Assembly: GCA_040954595.2 (NCBI GenBank)
Contig: JBECUI020000025.1
Location: 186,001 to 250,000, forward strand
DNA length: 64,000 nt
Reading direction: 5' to 3'
Source of the DNA: Balanoglossus misakiensis
Lineage: Eukaryota; Animalia; Hemichordata
The position numbers were made by a program, and so were the translations under genes. The notes beneath the pieces are model-generated. The model had not been told where the DNA came from, did not search any database, and saw only the letters and a list, made by a program, of their open reading frames with translations. Below are positions 53,315-64,000 of this stretch, piece after piece (position 1 is the first letter of the stretch; each line of letters begins with the position of its first letter).

Positions 53315-54299
53315 ATGCGACGTATAAGTATATACACCTTTATCTTGTTAGTAGTTAGCTTTCCAATTATTTCCCAAGGAAATAAGGAATTGCGAATTGG
53401 AATATCAAAAATTGTTGCACATCCTGCCCTTGATGCCATTGAACAGGGCATACAAGACGAATTAGCCGAACTTGGCATACAGGCAATATATGATCTACAA
53501 GATGCAAATGGAGATCTGACATTAGCATCATCCATTGCCAATAAATTTCGTTCGGACAAGGTATCAGTTGCAGTTGGTATAGCGACACCGACTGCTCAGG
53601 CACTCGCCAATACCATTAAGGATATTCCTGTTATCTATACTGGAGTTACCGACCCGGTTGCCGCCGGAACTCGTTTCATCGTACAACGAAGGTGGTGCAA
53701 ACATTACGGGAGTATCCGACTTGACCCCTGTATACGATCAAATCGCCTTGTTAAAAAAAATATATCCCATCAATGTTCTCGGACATATATACACATCCGG
53801 AGAAGACAATGCCGTATTCCTTGCCGGGCTGGTTCGCGACACTGCAACCCAACTCGGGCTAGAATACGTAGAGTCAACAGTGGTAAGCAGTGCGGAAGTA
53901 CGCACAGCCTTTCTTTCCATTGCAAACAAGATTGAGGCGCTATACATTAGTACGGATAACACGGTTGTCTCTGCTCTTGCTCCAATAGTAACACTTGCAG
54001 CAGAACGTGGCATTGCCATTATGTCCGCCGATCCGACCTCGTCGCAAGAAATTGGCGGAATTCTTGCCGCCTGGGGCTTTGATTACTATAAGATGGGCAG
54101 AGTAACCGGCAGTCTCATTGCCGATATCCTCTCAGGCACCGCTACATCAGCTGTGCCCACCATGTATATGACCGACCCTGCAGACAGCGAACTCTTCATC
54201 AATTTTGATGTTGCAAAACAGCTTGGCATCAGCATACCAGAGGATGTTGCTGCTAGTGCAAGCAGTATTATCAAAGACGGCGTCCTAACAAAGCAGTAG
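53315..54299 (+). CDS. ABC transporter substrate-binding protein (ABC_sub_bind / TrpX-like), one frameshift
   Basis: HPALD, IATPTAQA, VTDPV, NITGVSD, TDNTV. An extra A at ~53668 splits ORFs 53270-53935 and 53658-54299. RBS GAGGAG precedes 53315. Confidence 0.85.
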
Positions 54300-54301
54300 C
54301 A

Positions 54302-55207
54302 ATGTTAGAAGGAATTTTTGTTGAAGGACTAGTATACGGCATAGTATGTCTCGGAGTGTATCTAACATTCCGTGTTCTCCGTTTTCCTGATCTCACAGTA
54401 GATGGCTCATTCCCACTAGGTGCCGCCCTCATGGGTGGGCTTCTTGTTGCGGGCGTCCATGAAGGCATTGTCTTTATTCTTTGTTTTGCCGCAGGCATGG
54501 TTGCAGGAGCAATTACTACATTACTACACAATCATTTACGAGTTCCCCCACTTCTCGCCGGCATACTGACAATGACCATGCTTTGGTCAATTAATATCCG
54601 GGTAATGGGGGATCGTCCAAATCTCCCGTTGTTACGATATGAAACGACTGTCGGGAATGTACGTAGTTCAGCATTTTTTCTCAGCAACGAGTTATCAACG
54701 GTTGTATTTTTTCTTTTTGTTGTCATTGCGTTGCTTGTAATTCTCGTTTTGTTTTTTCATACTCATTTAGGTGGGGTGATGACCGCAATGGGTTCGAACC
54801 CTCAAATGATCATATCTCAAGGCATTAATCCAGGCATCGTGAAGTTATTGGGAGTAAGCCTTTCTAACGGCATTGTTGCACTTGCCGGTGCCTTTGTCGC
54901 ACAGTATCAAGGATTTGCCGATGTCGGTCTGGGAACGGGCATTATTGTCAGTGGGCTTGCGTCGGTTATGATTGGGGAATTTCTATTTAGGTCCCGGAAA
55001 CCCAGCATACAGATACTATTTGTTATAGCCGGTTCCATTCTGTACCGTACCATACTATATTTAGGGCGGTATTATGGCTATTACATCAACCTAAAATCAA
55101 GCGATCTGCGACTTATTACCGGACTGCTTGTTATTCTTGCCCTCGTTCTTCCTGCTTGGCAAAAGCGGCAGGCACAGGCTGATATACATCTACATAGTGG
55201 GATATGA
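54302..55207 (+). CDS. ABC transporter permease
   Basis: FPDLTVDGSFPLG, LLAGIL, GFADVGLGTG..V.GLASV.IGE. Confidence 0.92.
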   Translation: MLEGIFVEGLVYGIVCLGVYLTFRVLRFPDLTVDGSFPLGAALMGGLLVAGVHEGIVFILCFAAGMVAGAITTLLHNHLRVPPLLAGILTMTMLWSINIRVMGDRPNLPLLRYETTVGNVRSSAFFLSNELSTVVFFLFVVIALLVILVLFFHTHLGGVMTAMGSNPQMIISQGINPGIVKLLGVSLSNGIVALAGAFVAQYQGFADVGLGTGIIVSGLASVMIGEFLFRSRKPSIQILFVIAGSILYRTILYLGRYYGYYINLKSSDLRLITGLLVILALVLPAWQKRQAQADIHLHSGI

Positions 55208-56004
55208 TTCTTCTTTCCAACATCAATGTATATTTTAACCGTCTACAGGCAAACGAAATATATGCACTACGTAATATTAATATTCAGGTCAATGAAGGCG
55301 ACTTTATTACTATCATTGGAAGCAATGGTGCGGGAAAAAGCACTCTTTTGAATGTTATTGCCGGAAGTGTTAGCCCAACAACCGGAAAAATTCTCTTAAA
55401 CAACGTTGATATTAGCAAAGACCGTGAATACATGCGTGCACGCTACATCGGCAGAATTTTCCAAAACCCCCTACTCGGTACAGCAGGAAACATGAGTCTT
55501 GAAGAAAACATGGCAATTTGTTACCGCAAGGGGAAAATGGGTTTGGATCGCTTGCTCAGTTCGCACTTGCGCAAACATTTTTGTACCGAAATCTCCAAGT
55601 TACAAATGGGATTGGAACACCGTATGCAGGAAGAAGTTGGGCTCTTATCCGGAGGACAACGACAGGCGCTTGCTTTACTTATGACGGTTCTATCTCATCC
55701 AAAACTTCTTCTCCTCGATGAACACTGTGCCGCACTTGACCCGACGCATTCAGCACTGGTATTAGACATCAGCAAGCGTTTTATTCAAGACTACTCTCTG
55801 ACAACATTTATGGTAACTCATAATATGAATCATGCCATACATTTTGGCAATCGACTGCTTATGATGGATAAGGGAGAGATTATTGCCGATATTCGCGGAA
55901 AGGAGAAGGAAAAGTTGCAAATACCCGACCTCCTTCGCTTATTCGAAAAAACACGCCACCACAACCTCGACGACGATAGTCTTCTGCTGTCTTCCAAGTT
56001 GTAA
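55204..56004 (+). CDS. ABC transporter ATP-binding protein
   Basis: Walker A GSNGAGKS, signature LSGGQRQ, Walker B LLLDE, VTH. Confidence 0.95.
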   Translation: MILLSNINVYFNRLQANEIYALRNINIQVNEGDFITIIGSNGAGKSTLLNVIAGSVSPTTGKILLNNVDISKDREYMRARYIGRIFQNPLLGTAGNMSLEENMAICYRKGKMGLDRLLSSHLRKHFCTEISKLQMGLEHRMQEEVGLLSGGQRQALALLMTVLSHPKLLLLDEHCAALDPTHSALVLDISKRFIQDYSLTTFMVTHNMNHAIHFGNRLLMMDKGEIIADIRGKEKEKLQIPDLLRLFEKTRHHNLDDDSLLLSSKL

Positions 56005-56083
56005 CTTGTTACTATTTTTTTTATTTGATACCCTTATAAATTAGTACGATAAATAATCGATAAAATATATTTTAGGAGATGAC

Positions 56084-58728
56084 ATGTTTACGTTGTTGCA
56101 ACACCATTCGGGAAAGATTGCTCTTTTATTCTTAGCAATTACTATATTTTTTCTTTTCTTCCTTCCTTCTGTGCAAATTGACAATAGCACCGCTTCTTTT
56201 ATTCCCGACGATCATCCTGATATCGTCGCACTTCGTAATCTTGAGCAGTCCTTTAACATTGGGGAAGCCATGATTCTCGGAATTCGCAGTACATTTGCTC
56301 CGGTCCTATCAGTTGATACCTTGCAAATGGTTGAATCTCTAAGCGATGAGATAGAACAAATTCCCAAAGTCAATTCGGTTCTCTCGCTGGTGAACTTTGA
56401 TACAGTAGAAGCAACAGAAGGGGAGATACGCACTGCCCCGATACTTACCAACTTTGATGGCAGTCAAGCGGCAATCTCCAACCTACTGCGCGCCGTATCA
56501 TCTTGGGAATTAACTCGGGGGCTGCTGATATCAGAAGATGGACATGCATTACAGGTGCTCATCAATATGAAGCCTGATTTGCAGAGCAAGGACTACGAAG
56601 AGGTATACACGGCTCTTACAGCATTGTTATCCAAGTACGAACAACCTGGAATTGAATTTTTTGTTGCGGGCATACCTGCTGTCGATGTTCTCATTAGCCA
56701 GAACATGTTCACCGACGCCTCCCTTCTGACTCCCTTGGCATTCATTGTTACCATGCTTGTTCTATTTATATTCTTCCGAAGAATTGGTGGAATGCTCTTA
56801 TCTATGATTGCAGTTATTATCAGCATTATCTGGACCATTGGAATACTAACCCTTTTATCCATCTCCCTATCGCTGGTAGCTGCCATTATACCGGTACTGC
56901 TGGTTGCTGTTGGAAGTGCATACTGCATTCACTACACCTATCGATACTATAAGGAATCTACCCACTCCGAACCGTTTATGGCTGTTGTTTCTGCCCTGAA
57001 AGCCGTTTGGATACCTATTCTTATGGCAGGATTGACAACGGTTGCAGGATTTCTATCACTGGCGTTTACCAACATTGAACCTATTCGCGATTTTGCTATC
57101 TTTACTGCTCTTGGCGTCTTTTTTTCAATCCTCATATCATTAACCTTTATTTCCCGCCCTCATTGTGCTTCATGCTCGATGGTGGAAAAAAAAGAAGAAA
57201 ACGCAGGAAGTTAAAAAGAAAAAGAGACCTCGTATCTATTGACTATATATCAAAAACTGATACAACACTATGGAATTATTGCACTCTTATCCTGCCTTAT
57301 TGTTCTCATTTCGATATATGCAATCCCCCGTATTATTATAGACAACAACGTTATAAAGTATTTTGATGAAGATTCCTATGTTACTCGGGCAAATGACTTC
57401 TTTCAGCAACATTTCTTAGGAACGCAGACCTTTCACATTGTATTTGAAGGTGAAGGATCGGGATCCATGACCGATATTGATACCCTCCTTGCTATGGATT
57501 CATTGAAACAATACTTGCAGAATAAATACCCTGATATTGCCCGAATACAATCCTTTACGGATTATATAAAACGAATGAACCAAATATTCTATTTATCACA
57601 GTCTACAACTTCGGATGTTGAAACAGTCTATGAAGAATTGGATATACCGGATTTCGGCGGTGCAGATATGGATGACATCATAGCACTCCTAGGAGAAGAA
57701 TTTATTTCATCACCTCCCCCCGACTCCGCTTCCATAGCTGAACCCACTGATCTCTCTGTTTCTTCCTTCGCCCACAGTGAAAGCAACTTCACAAACAGTA
57801 ACGGAACTTCTAGAAAATATGGAATCGGTAGGAGCATCTATACGCACTACGGAACTCACGACACAGGACTTTATTCATGAACTTATCAGAGAAGCAAACT
57901 TTAACGGTAGTTATCACTATAGCATCCATCCGACCCGGCTCAATATGATGTAAATACTCGCAACGAATTAAAAAGCCTTATTTCACAGTATCTCTTCTTC
58001 TACGGAACTGCTCTGTCTTCATGGATTGACCATCCCATAGATCCAGCAGCAGCCCGCATGCAGGTATTTCTGCATAGTAACAGTACTAGCATTCTCAATA
58101 ACATCCGGAAAGATATACAAGCCTTCTCGGAAACATTGCCCCCGTCCTATTCCATTACTATGGCCGGCACTGCCGTTGTAGAACAAGCTCTCAATCAACT
58201 GATTGTAACAACACAAATTACCAGCCTCGCAATTGCCCTGCTTATTGTATACGTTATACTTCTGCTAACATTTCGCTCCTTTCTTGCCGCCTTTATCGGT
58301 CTTATGCCGATTATCGTTTCTGTGTTGGTCAGTTTTTCCGCAATGGGACTCATTCCCCCTCTCCCTCAATATTAGCACTACCATGGCGGCGTCTATTATT
58401 ATTGGAATCGGTATTGACTATGCCATTCATTACTTGCATTCGTACAAACGGCAACAATTATCCGATCCGCAAGCATCTCACTCGGTTTTGAAAATACGAG
58501 TCTTTGATGAAGTCGGCGGTGCAATACTATTCAATGCGGTATCCGTTGCTTTGGGTTTTGCGGTCCTTCTTTTTTCAAGCTTTTCCCCTTTACGTATTTA
58601 GGCATCTTGATAGTATTAACTATGTTATTTTCTGCCTTTGCGGCATTACTGCTACTCCCTATGTTTCTACACGTTTTGCATCCATTCCGGATACGCCAGA
58701 AAAAGAAAAATTAACAAAGAGGTTGTAA
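56084..58728 (+). CDS. MMPL/RND-family transporter, fragmented by several frameshifts
   Basis: Two periplasmic-loop/TM halves spread over ORFs 56084-57214, 57239-57880, 58058-58375 and 58284-58601; AVGSAYCIH, TTVAGFLSL and GIGIDYAIHYL motifs. Confidence 0.8.
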
Positions 58729-58729
58729 T

Positions 58730-59506
58730 ATGCGTTACGTATTAGTTTTATTTTTTATCTATGCTGTTATGCTTTCTGTCTATGCAGATGACGTATCAAT
58801 TGAAGAAATTACCACAAATATGCAGAGTTTCATACAAAGTGATTCTCTCCATGCCCTCATTGGTGCCCAAACAAGAGACAGTGCCGGTAACGGCATATCA
58901 ATTGTTGTTGAATACTTCGGGAAAAAGAATGAAAACGGTGAGTTATTAAGTCTTGCTACCTTCTTACAGCCATCATCTATTAAAGGCACACGTTTTCTCG
59001 TACTTCAAAGTTTCACCGGAAAAGATAGCCAATGGATATACCTTCCTGCAACACGACAAGTAACGCGAGTCGCCTCAGCATCGGATGACCAAGAGTTTAT
59101 GGGAACAGGATTTGCCTTTGCAGACCTTGCCACTCGCGATCGGAATGACTTTAATTACAAAAAGCTGGAAGATGAAACCATCAATGGATTTGAATGCTGG
59201 GTGCTGGAAATAACTGCAAAACCGGGATACAACTGGTTGTATTCCAAAGTCATTGATTGGGTAGAGAAAGAACGTTTTATACCGGTTCAGTCTGAGTTTT
59301 ATGACAAGAAAACCGGTCAACTACTAAAAGTCAATACTATTACCGACATTAAAAAAATACAGAACTACTGGACTATTACCAGTTCACATATGCGGAATGT
59401 GCAAACGAATCATTCAACAATTATTAAGCAGGCGAAGGTTGAATACGATATTAACATTCCTTCTGTTATGTTTACTCCCGGCTATTTAAAGGGTGGCAAA
59501 TTTTAG
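58730..59506 (+). CDS. LolA-like outer membrane lipoprotein-sorting protein
   Basis: Signal peptide; F.QPS.IKGTRFL, QWIYLPA...RVA and FMGT.F.FADL motifs. Confidence 0.85.
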   Translation: MRYVLVLFFIYAVMLSVYADDVSIEEITTNMQSFIQSDSLHALIGAQTRDSAGNGISIVVEYFGKKNENGELLSLATFLQPSSIKGTRFLVLQSFTGKDSQWIYLPATRQVTRVASASDDQEFMGTGFAFADLATRDRNDFNYKKLEDETINGFECWVLEITAKPGYNWLYSKVIDWVEKERFIPVQSEFYDKKTGQLLKVNTITDIKKIQNYWTITSSHMRNVQTNHSTIIKQAKVEYDINIPSVMFTPGYLKGGKF

Positions 59507-59507
59507 C

Positions 59508-60899
59508 ATGAGACTGTTAACTGTATATCTACTCATTACGTCATTCTGTACGGTATGGGCACAAGATACAGCTGAACCAAGCGATACAGCCGAGCCAACA
59601 GATACTGCTCCGGGAGAACTCTCCGAGTGGGGCAATGTTAATATTGACCTTGACAGCCTGTTTGCCGAAGAAGAATCAAGCCAAGAAACAACTAGCACAC
59701 CCATTATGGCACAAAGCCCTGTAAGTATTAACGGGCAAATTTTCACCAGTTTTCGTTATTTTTTTAACGGAGATGATCCACTTAATGCATCCTTATCACC
59801 ATTAGCAGGCACTACAGTTTCCATACAGTATAGCGATAAGAATTCACAAGCAGGAATGCGCCTACGAGCCGACACGAATCTGTTCAAATCCCAGCAAGTA
59901 AGTGTTGACCTTATGCGTCGAATTCTCCGTGATGTTTACTTCAAACTATTTTTTAATTCATTTAATATTGAAGTTGGCTATATCCGTCCCGTATGGAAAG
60001 ACGCAGATCCGGAACGTGTTATTGATGTATTGGGAACCTTCGATTACTCCCTCTATATGGACAGCGATCCGCTTGCAGAACGACTCTCACAAGTTATGCT
60101 ACGGCTGAATTTTTTTCTCGCATCCTGGGGAGTTCTGGAATTAGATTATATTCCCTTTTTTATGGGTGATATTATGCCGGAACGCGATTCAACATGGGAA
60201 GGCATCCGACAGAAAGAGTTTTATACTAACGACACTGTGTTCAATACCGGGAAAAATCTCAATCCACCTCCGACGGACACCCCTGCCTTTGGCCATGGGC
60301 AGTTAGCAGGGAAGTTAACCGTAACAACTGCCTATGTTGACGTAGGCATACTATACTACTTTGGATACCTAAAAGAACCGACCGTCCGTTCGACTGATAC
60401 TGCCTTTACCCTCTTTCACGATAGAACCCATGTCTTCGGTCTTTCCACAGGATTCGCCCTTGGCTATGTCTTGCTCGATATGCAAGCTTCATACTACCTC
60501 ACCATGGAAACACAGGACAGCGTCCGTTTTTCGGCTGCTATGAACGCCAATATCCCTATCAGCAGTCTGCAATTATCACTACACATGCAGGGCATGCACA
60601 TGATTGGTCCCGAACCTGCTATAGCAGGTCCAAATAACTACTACAATCGTCTTCTTGTTGGACTAACCATTCGCGATAGTTATTACGGTCTGGTGATTAA
60701 CCCGGAGGCTACCGTAAAATTTGATATATGGAGCTATGATATTATGGTAGAAGCTGCCCTTATGGTACGCTTACATATTAATGCATCGGTTCAGCTACGG
60801 ACAGTGTTTTTTGAAAAGACACAGAAACAAAGCAATGGCCCTTTTAGTCAATACAACAATAATGACTTCTTTGAAATAGCTTTTACGTACGCTTTTTAA
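59508..60899 (+). CDS. hypothetical exported protein, possible outer-membrane beta-barrel
   Basis: Signal peptide (..VWA|QD), acidic DTAEP-repeat linker, amphipathic strands and C-terminal FEIAFTYAF; third gene of the MMPL/LolA-like cluster. Confidence 0.6.
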   Translation: MRLLTVYLLITSFCTVWAQDTAEPSDTAEPTDTAPGELSEWGNVNIDLDSLFAEEESSQETTSTPIMAQSPVSINGQIFTSFRYFFNGDDPLNASLSPLAGTTVSIQYSDKNSQAGMRLRADTNLFKSQQVSVDLMRRILRDVYFKLFFNSFNIEVGYIRPVWKDADPERVIDVLGTFDYSLYMDSDPLAERLSQVMLRLNFFLASWGVLELDYIPFFMGDIMPERDSTWEGIRQKEFYTNDTVFNTGKNLNPPPTDTPAFGHGQLAGKLTVTTAYVDVGILYYFGYLKEPTVRSTDTAFTLFHDRTHVFGLSTGFALGYVLLDMQASYYLTMETQDSVRFSAAMNANIPISSLQLSLHMQGMHMIGPEPAIAGPNNYYNRLLVGLTIRDSYYGLVINPEATVKFDIWSYDIMVEAALMVRLHINASVQLRTVFFEKTQKQSNGPFSQYNNNDFFEIAFTYAF

Positions 60900-60909
60900 T
60901 GCAATACAT

Positions 60910-63030
60910 ATGCAAGAACATCTCAATCTATTAAATAAACAGCAACGGGATGCGGTATTACACCATACGAGTTCCATGCTCATTCTGGCAGGTGCCGGCT
61001 CAGGGAAAACCCGAGTAATAACTGTAAAAATAGCCTATCTCATCCAGGAACTCGGCATTGCTCCCTTCTCTATTCTGGCTGTAACATTTACAAACAAGGC
61101 AGCAAAAGAAATGTCCGAACGGGTTGCAAATCTTGTCCCGAACGGCGAAGAAGTAATGATGCGAACCTTCCATTCTTTTGGTGCCTATCTTCTCCGCCGG
61201 TACGGAGAAGCCTTAGAACTCAAAAAAACATTTACAATTTACGACGATGCGGACACCCTATCTGTCTTACAACAACTATTTCCCGAAGAATCCTCGGGAA
61301 TGCTCTCGTATCTTGCCCATTCCATAGGCAGAGCAAAAAACTACTGCCTTCTGCCGGACGATGACCTTACATCAATTAGCTCATACCCTAAGTTTGCAGA
61401 GGCCTATCGAATCTATCAGAACAGTATGAAGAGCATGGACGCAGTAGATTTTGGCGACCTCATACTGTATCCAACGTTGTTACTAAGAAATCACCCGGAC
61501 ATTCGTACAGAACTCTGTGATCGATTTAGATACATCTTTGTTGATGAATATCAGGACTCCAACAAGGCACAGTTTGAGTTACTTCGCCTACTTGCAGGAA
61601 AGGAGAACATCATCAGTGTTGTCGGCGACGATGATCAATCCATTTACCGATTTCGTGGTGCGGAAATCCGCAACATTCTGGATTTTCCTTCCTTTTTTAC
61701 CAATACCAAGACCTTTTTTCTGGAGCAAAACTATCGTTCCACCACAAAAATACTACGTGTTGCCAATGCCATTATACAAAACAACAAAAAGCGATACGGC
61801 AAGAAACTCTTTTCAACACGCGATAGCGGGCCTAAGGTAGCACTATACATACATCGAAGCGAGCTTGATGAAGCACGCTTTTGTGCAGAGCATATCAGAT
61901 CAAAACAGCAGAAAGAAGGCGGCGTTACTGCTATCTTATACCGTACCAACTCCCAATCACGGATTCTTGAAACCGAATTAACCCGTGTAGCAATCCCCTA
62001 TCGGATTATCGGCTCCATCCGCTTTTGGTTTCGCGAAGAAATAAAGGCCGTATTGGCATTTGTCCGTCTGCTTGTTAACCCACGCGATCTCATTGCTTTC
62101 AAACGGGTATACCAAAATTTCATTCCCGCCTTCGGTGCCGTTAGTTTCAACAAAATAAACAACTATATTGAAGAACATGCGCAAGCTGATATTTTTATTG
62201 CACTAACTAAATTTGAGTTCGGCGTAAAAGCTACTCAGTCAGTAAAACAATTTCTTTATCTATACGAGAACTTACGGACTATGCAGGATCGCCCTCTCTC
62301 CGACCTGATAACAGCCATTATTGAAAAATCCACCATCATGCAATACTATGAAAAAAAAGACGCAGATACCATGCAATCACGGGTGGAAAACCTAGATGAA
62401 ATTGTCCATGCTGCTCATTCATACGGTGCCGGCATGCAGGAGGTGATACGTTTTGTGGAATCGGCGGATTTGAACAGGCAAGAAGAACCAACCGAACCCG
62501 ACGCACCTACTCCGGTTGTCCTTGTTACCATGCATAGTTCAAAGGGCTTGGAGTTTGATCGGGTTATGATTTCAGGGTTAGCTAATGAAATTTTTCCTGG
62601 GCAATATGAGAACAAAGACGAGTTAGAAGACGAACGACGGCTCCTATATGTAGCCATTACCCGTGCAAAACAGGAATTAATTTTGAACTATTCCCAACAA
62701 GGCTTTGTTCGCAGAAAAATGATGTCCCTTACCCCTACCTGCTTTCTTTCCGAGATACCGCTCAACGATTTGACTGTTCATCAGCGCAAAGCAGCCTACG
62801 CAGCAGCACAAAGAAGCACCCCCAGACCCCCCAAGCTATCCCGACCAATACAACGGAACAAGACGAAATGGCTAAGCGGCATGCGGGTTAAACATGCAAG
62901 CTATGGGGAAGGCAGCATTATCGACGTTGCAAGATCTGCTACACGTGAATTAATTATCATTCGTTTTCAAAACGGAACTAACAAAACTTTTCTTTCCGAG
63001 TACGTTCAGGGGCTGACTATTTTGTCATGA
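60910..63030 (+). CDS. uvrD: UvrD/PcrA ATP-dependent DNA helicase
   Basis: AGAGSGKT, TFTNKAA, DEYQD, VGDDDQSIY.FRGA, QNYRST, H.SKGLEF, ERRLLYVAITRA, and a C-terminal Tudor-like domain. Confidence 0.95.
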   Translation: MQEHLNLLNKQQRDAVLHHTSSMLILAGAGSGKTRVITVKIAYLIQELGIAPFSILAVTFTNKAAKEMSERVANLVPNGEEVMMRTFHSFGAYLLRRYGEALELKKTFTIYDDADTLSVLQQLFPEESSGMLSYLAHSIGRAKNYCLLPDDDLTSISSYPKFAEAYRIYQNSMKSMDAVDFGDLILYPTLLLRNHPDIRTELCDRFRYIFVDEYQDSNKAQFELLRLLAGKENIISVVGDDDQSIYRFRGAEIRNILDFPSFFTNTKTFFLEQNYRSTTKILRVANAIIQNNKKRYGKKLFSTRDSGPKVALYIHRSELDEARFCAEHIRSKQQKEGGVTAILYRTNSQSRILETELTRVAIPYRIIGSIRFWFREEIKAVLAFVRLLVNPRDLIAFKRVYQNFIPAFGAVSFNKINNYIEEHAQADIFIALTKFEFGVKATQSVKQFLYLYENLRTMQDRPLSDLITAIIEKSTIMQYYEKKDADTMQSRVENLDEIVHAAHSYGAGMQEVIRFVESADLNRQEEPTEPDAPTPVVLVTMHSSKGLEFDRVMISGLANEIFPGQYENKDELEDERRLLYVAITRAKQELILNYSQQGFVRRKMMSLTPTCFLSEIPLNDLTVHQRKAAYAAAQRSTPRPPKLSRPIQRNKTKWLSGMRVKHASYGEGSIIDVARSATRELIIIRFQNGTNKTFLSEYVQGLTILS

Positions 63031-63839
63031 TTATTGATGATATCCTATTTCAACAAATTCCACGTTTGAAGCGTGCTTCTGGTTACTACCTCTATGCGGA
63101 AAACGGGCAACGCTACATAGATTTTTTTCAGGAAGGTGGACATGCTCTGCTGGGACACCGTCCGACTGCTGTATCCAAGGCATTAAAAAACTCTCTCTCG
63201 CACGGCACATGGGGAAGCCTTCCTTCCTTTAATACAATGCATCTTATTCGCTCAATAGGAACCCTCTTACCGGGTTGGTTTCCCTCCGAAATAGCATTTT
63301 CTTGGAACAGTCTTTCTCTCTCTCATTACTCAATATACGATCCCGCAACAAAAACATGGTGGAGTTGGACTCCTGAGCACGCACTACAGATTGAACCAAA
63401 ACCGAAGAAGAATGCGATATGTCTCTGGCGTCCTTTTCTTCATCTCGAAACAAGCACTCTTGCAGAAGATTTTTCTTACCTGGTGCCCATACTGCCGCTC
63501 CCCATTGCCCCCTTTCCCTTATTGCTCTGTACCCCGGAACAATCTAACAACATTACAGGCAGCTGTTCCGCCTTCCTCTTGGCGGCATTAGTACGCACAA
63601 TCCATAATCTCATTCAGACTGATGAGAGGCATAATGAAATAATCCTTCCGAAGGGCTGGCAAAATCGGGGGCCATACATGGTATATGGGGGAAGTAAGGA
63701 GGAATACCGTCAAATATTTGCACATTTTTTTAATTATAATGTACTTCTGCCCCCTTCTCGACACTATCCGGCAATATATCCGTATCAAATAACTGAACAT
63801 ATAGAAAAAAATTATAACAAGATACTTCGATTATCTTGA
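63027..63839 (+). CDS. hypothetical protein with class-III aminotransferase-like N-terminus
   Basis: RASGYYLY.ENG.RYIDF....LLGH resembles the class III N-terminus. The rest is short, with no recognisable PLP motifs. Confidence 0.6.
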   Translation: MIIDDILFQQIPRLKRASGYYLYAENGQRYIDFFQEGGHALLGHRPTAVSKALKNSLSHGTWGSLPSFNTMHLIRSIGTLLPGWFPSEIAFSWNSLSLSHYSIYDPATKTWWSWTPEHALQIEPKPKKNAICLWRPFLHLETSTLAEDFSYLVPILPLPIAPFPLLLCTPEQSNNITGSCSAFLLAALVRTIHNLIQTDERHNEIILPKGWQNRGPYMVYGGSKEEYRQIFAHFFNYNVLLPPSRHYPAIYPYQITEHIEKNYNKILRLS

Positions 63840-63888
63840 CATTTTTTTTTATATATGAAATAATTAAGTAAATTACAGTGAGGTAATA

Positions 63889-64000
63889 ATGAAGTCTATT
63901 TTGATTTCTCTTATATTAGTGCTAGTTTCGCTCTACTTGGTCTTGCCTGTTTCGTGGGCATTAAACTGGTGGGAAGATGTAATTCAAGTAATTCGTGGTA
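63889..64000 (+). CDS. 5' fragment of an exported protein running off the window
   Basis: GAGG RBS, then MKSILISLILVLVSLYLVLPVSWA signal-like peptide; TTGACA at 63836. Confidence 0.55.
   Translation, partial: MKSILISLILVLVSLYLVLPVSWALNWWEDVIQVIRG

Overview
AT-leaning bacterial chromosomal segment, most likely from a Spirochaetales-type organism. This is inferred from spirochete-style lipoboxes, trpG-D/trpC-F fusions and several proteins typical of Treponema/Spirochaeta; it is not proven. Left to right the window holds: a sigma54 promoter with tandem palindromic enhancer sites driving a gene just off the left edge; a sugar dehydrogenase-pgeF-trpE(GD)(CF)BA operon; trxA/trxB; a divergent glycosyltransferase / glucosylglycerate-phosphorylase-like / MscS locus; efp; and a TCA-cycle cluster (sdhAB-sucCD-sucAB-lpdA, gltA) with no sdhC/D. 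Next is a ~12.3 kb tandem pair of ~2,000-aa FN3/Ig surface lipoprotein genes (36040-48356). The two copies are near-identical over ~4.7 kb and over their last 78 bp, but carry different ~1.3-1.4 kb GLUG-type domains in between, which makes this a candidate cassette-variable adhesin system. The right part holds ligA, thrH, apbE, an ABC importer, an MMPL/LolA-like/putative barrel trio and uvrD. Many single-base frameshifts, including in the normally essential ligA, point to uncorrected long-read consensus errors, so pseudogene calls are unsafe. No rRNA, tRNA, CRISPR array, transposase or integrase was recognised.
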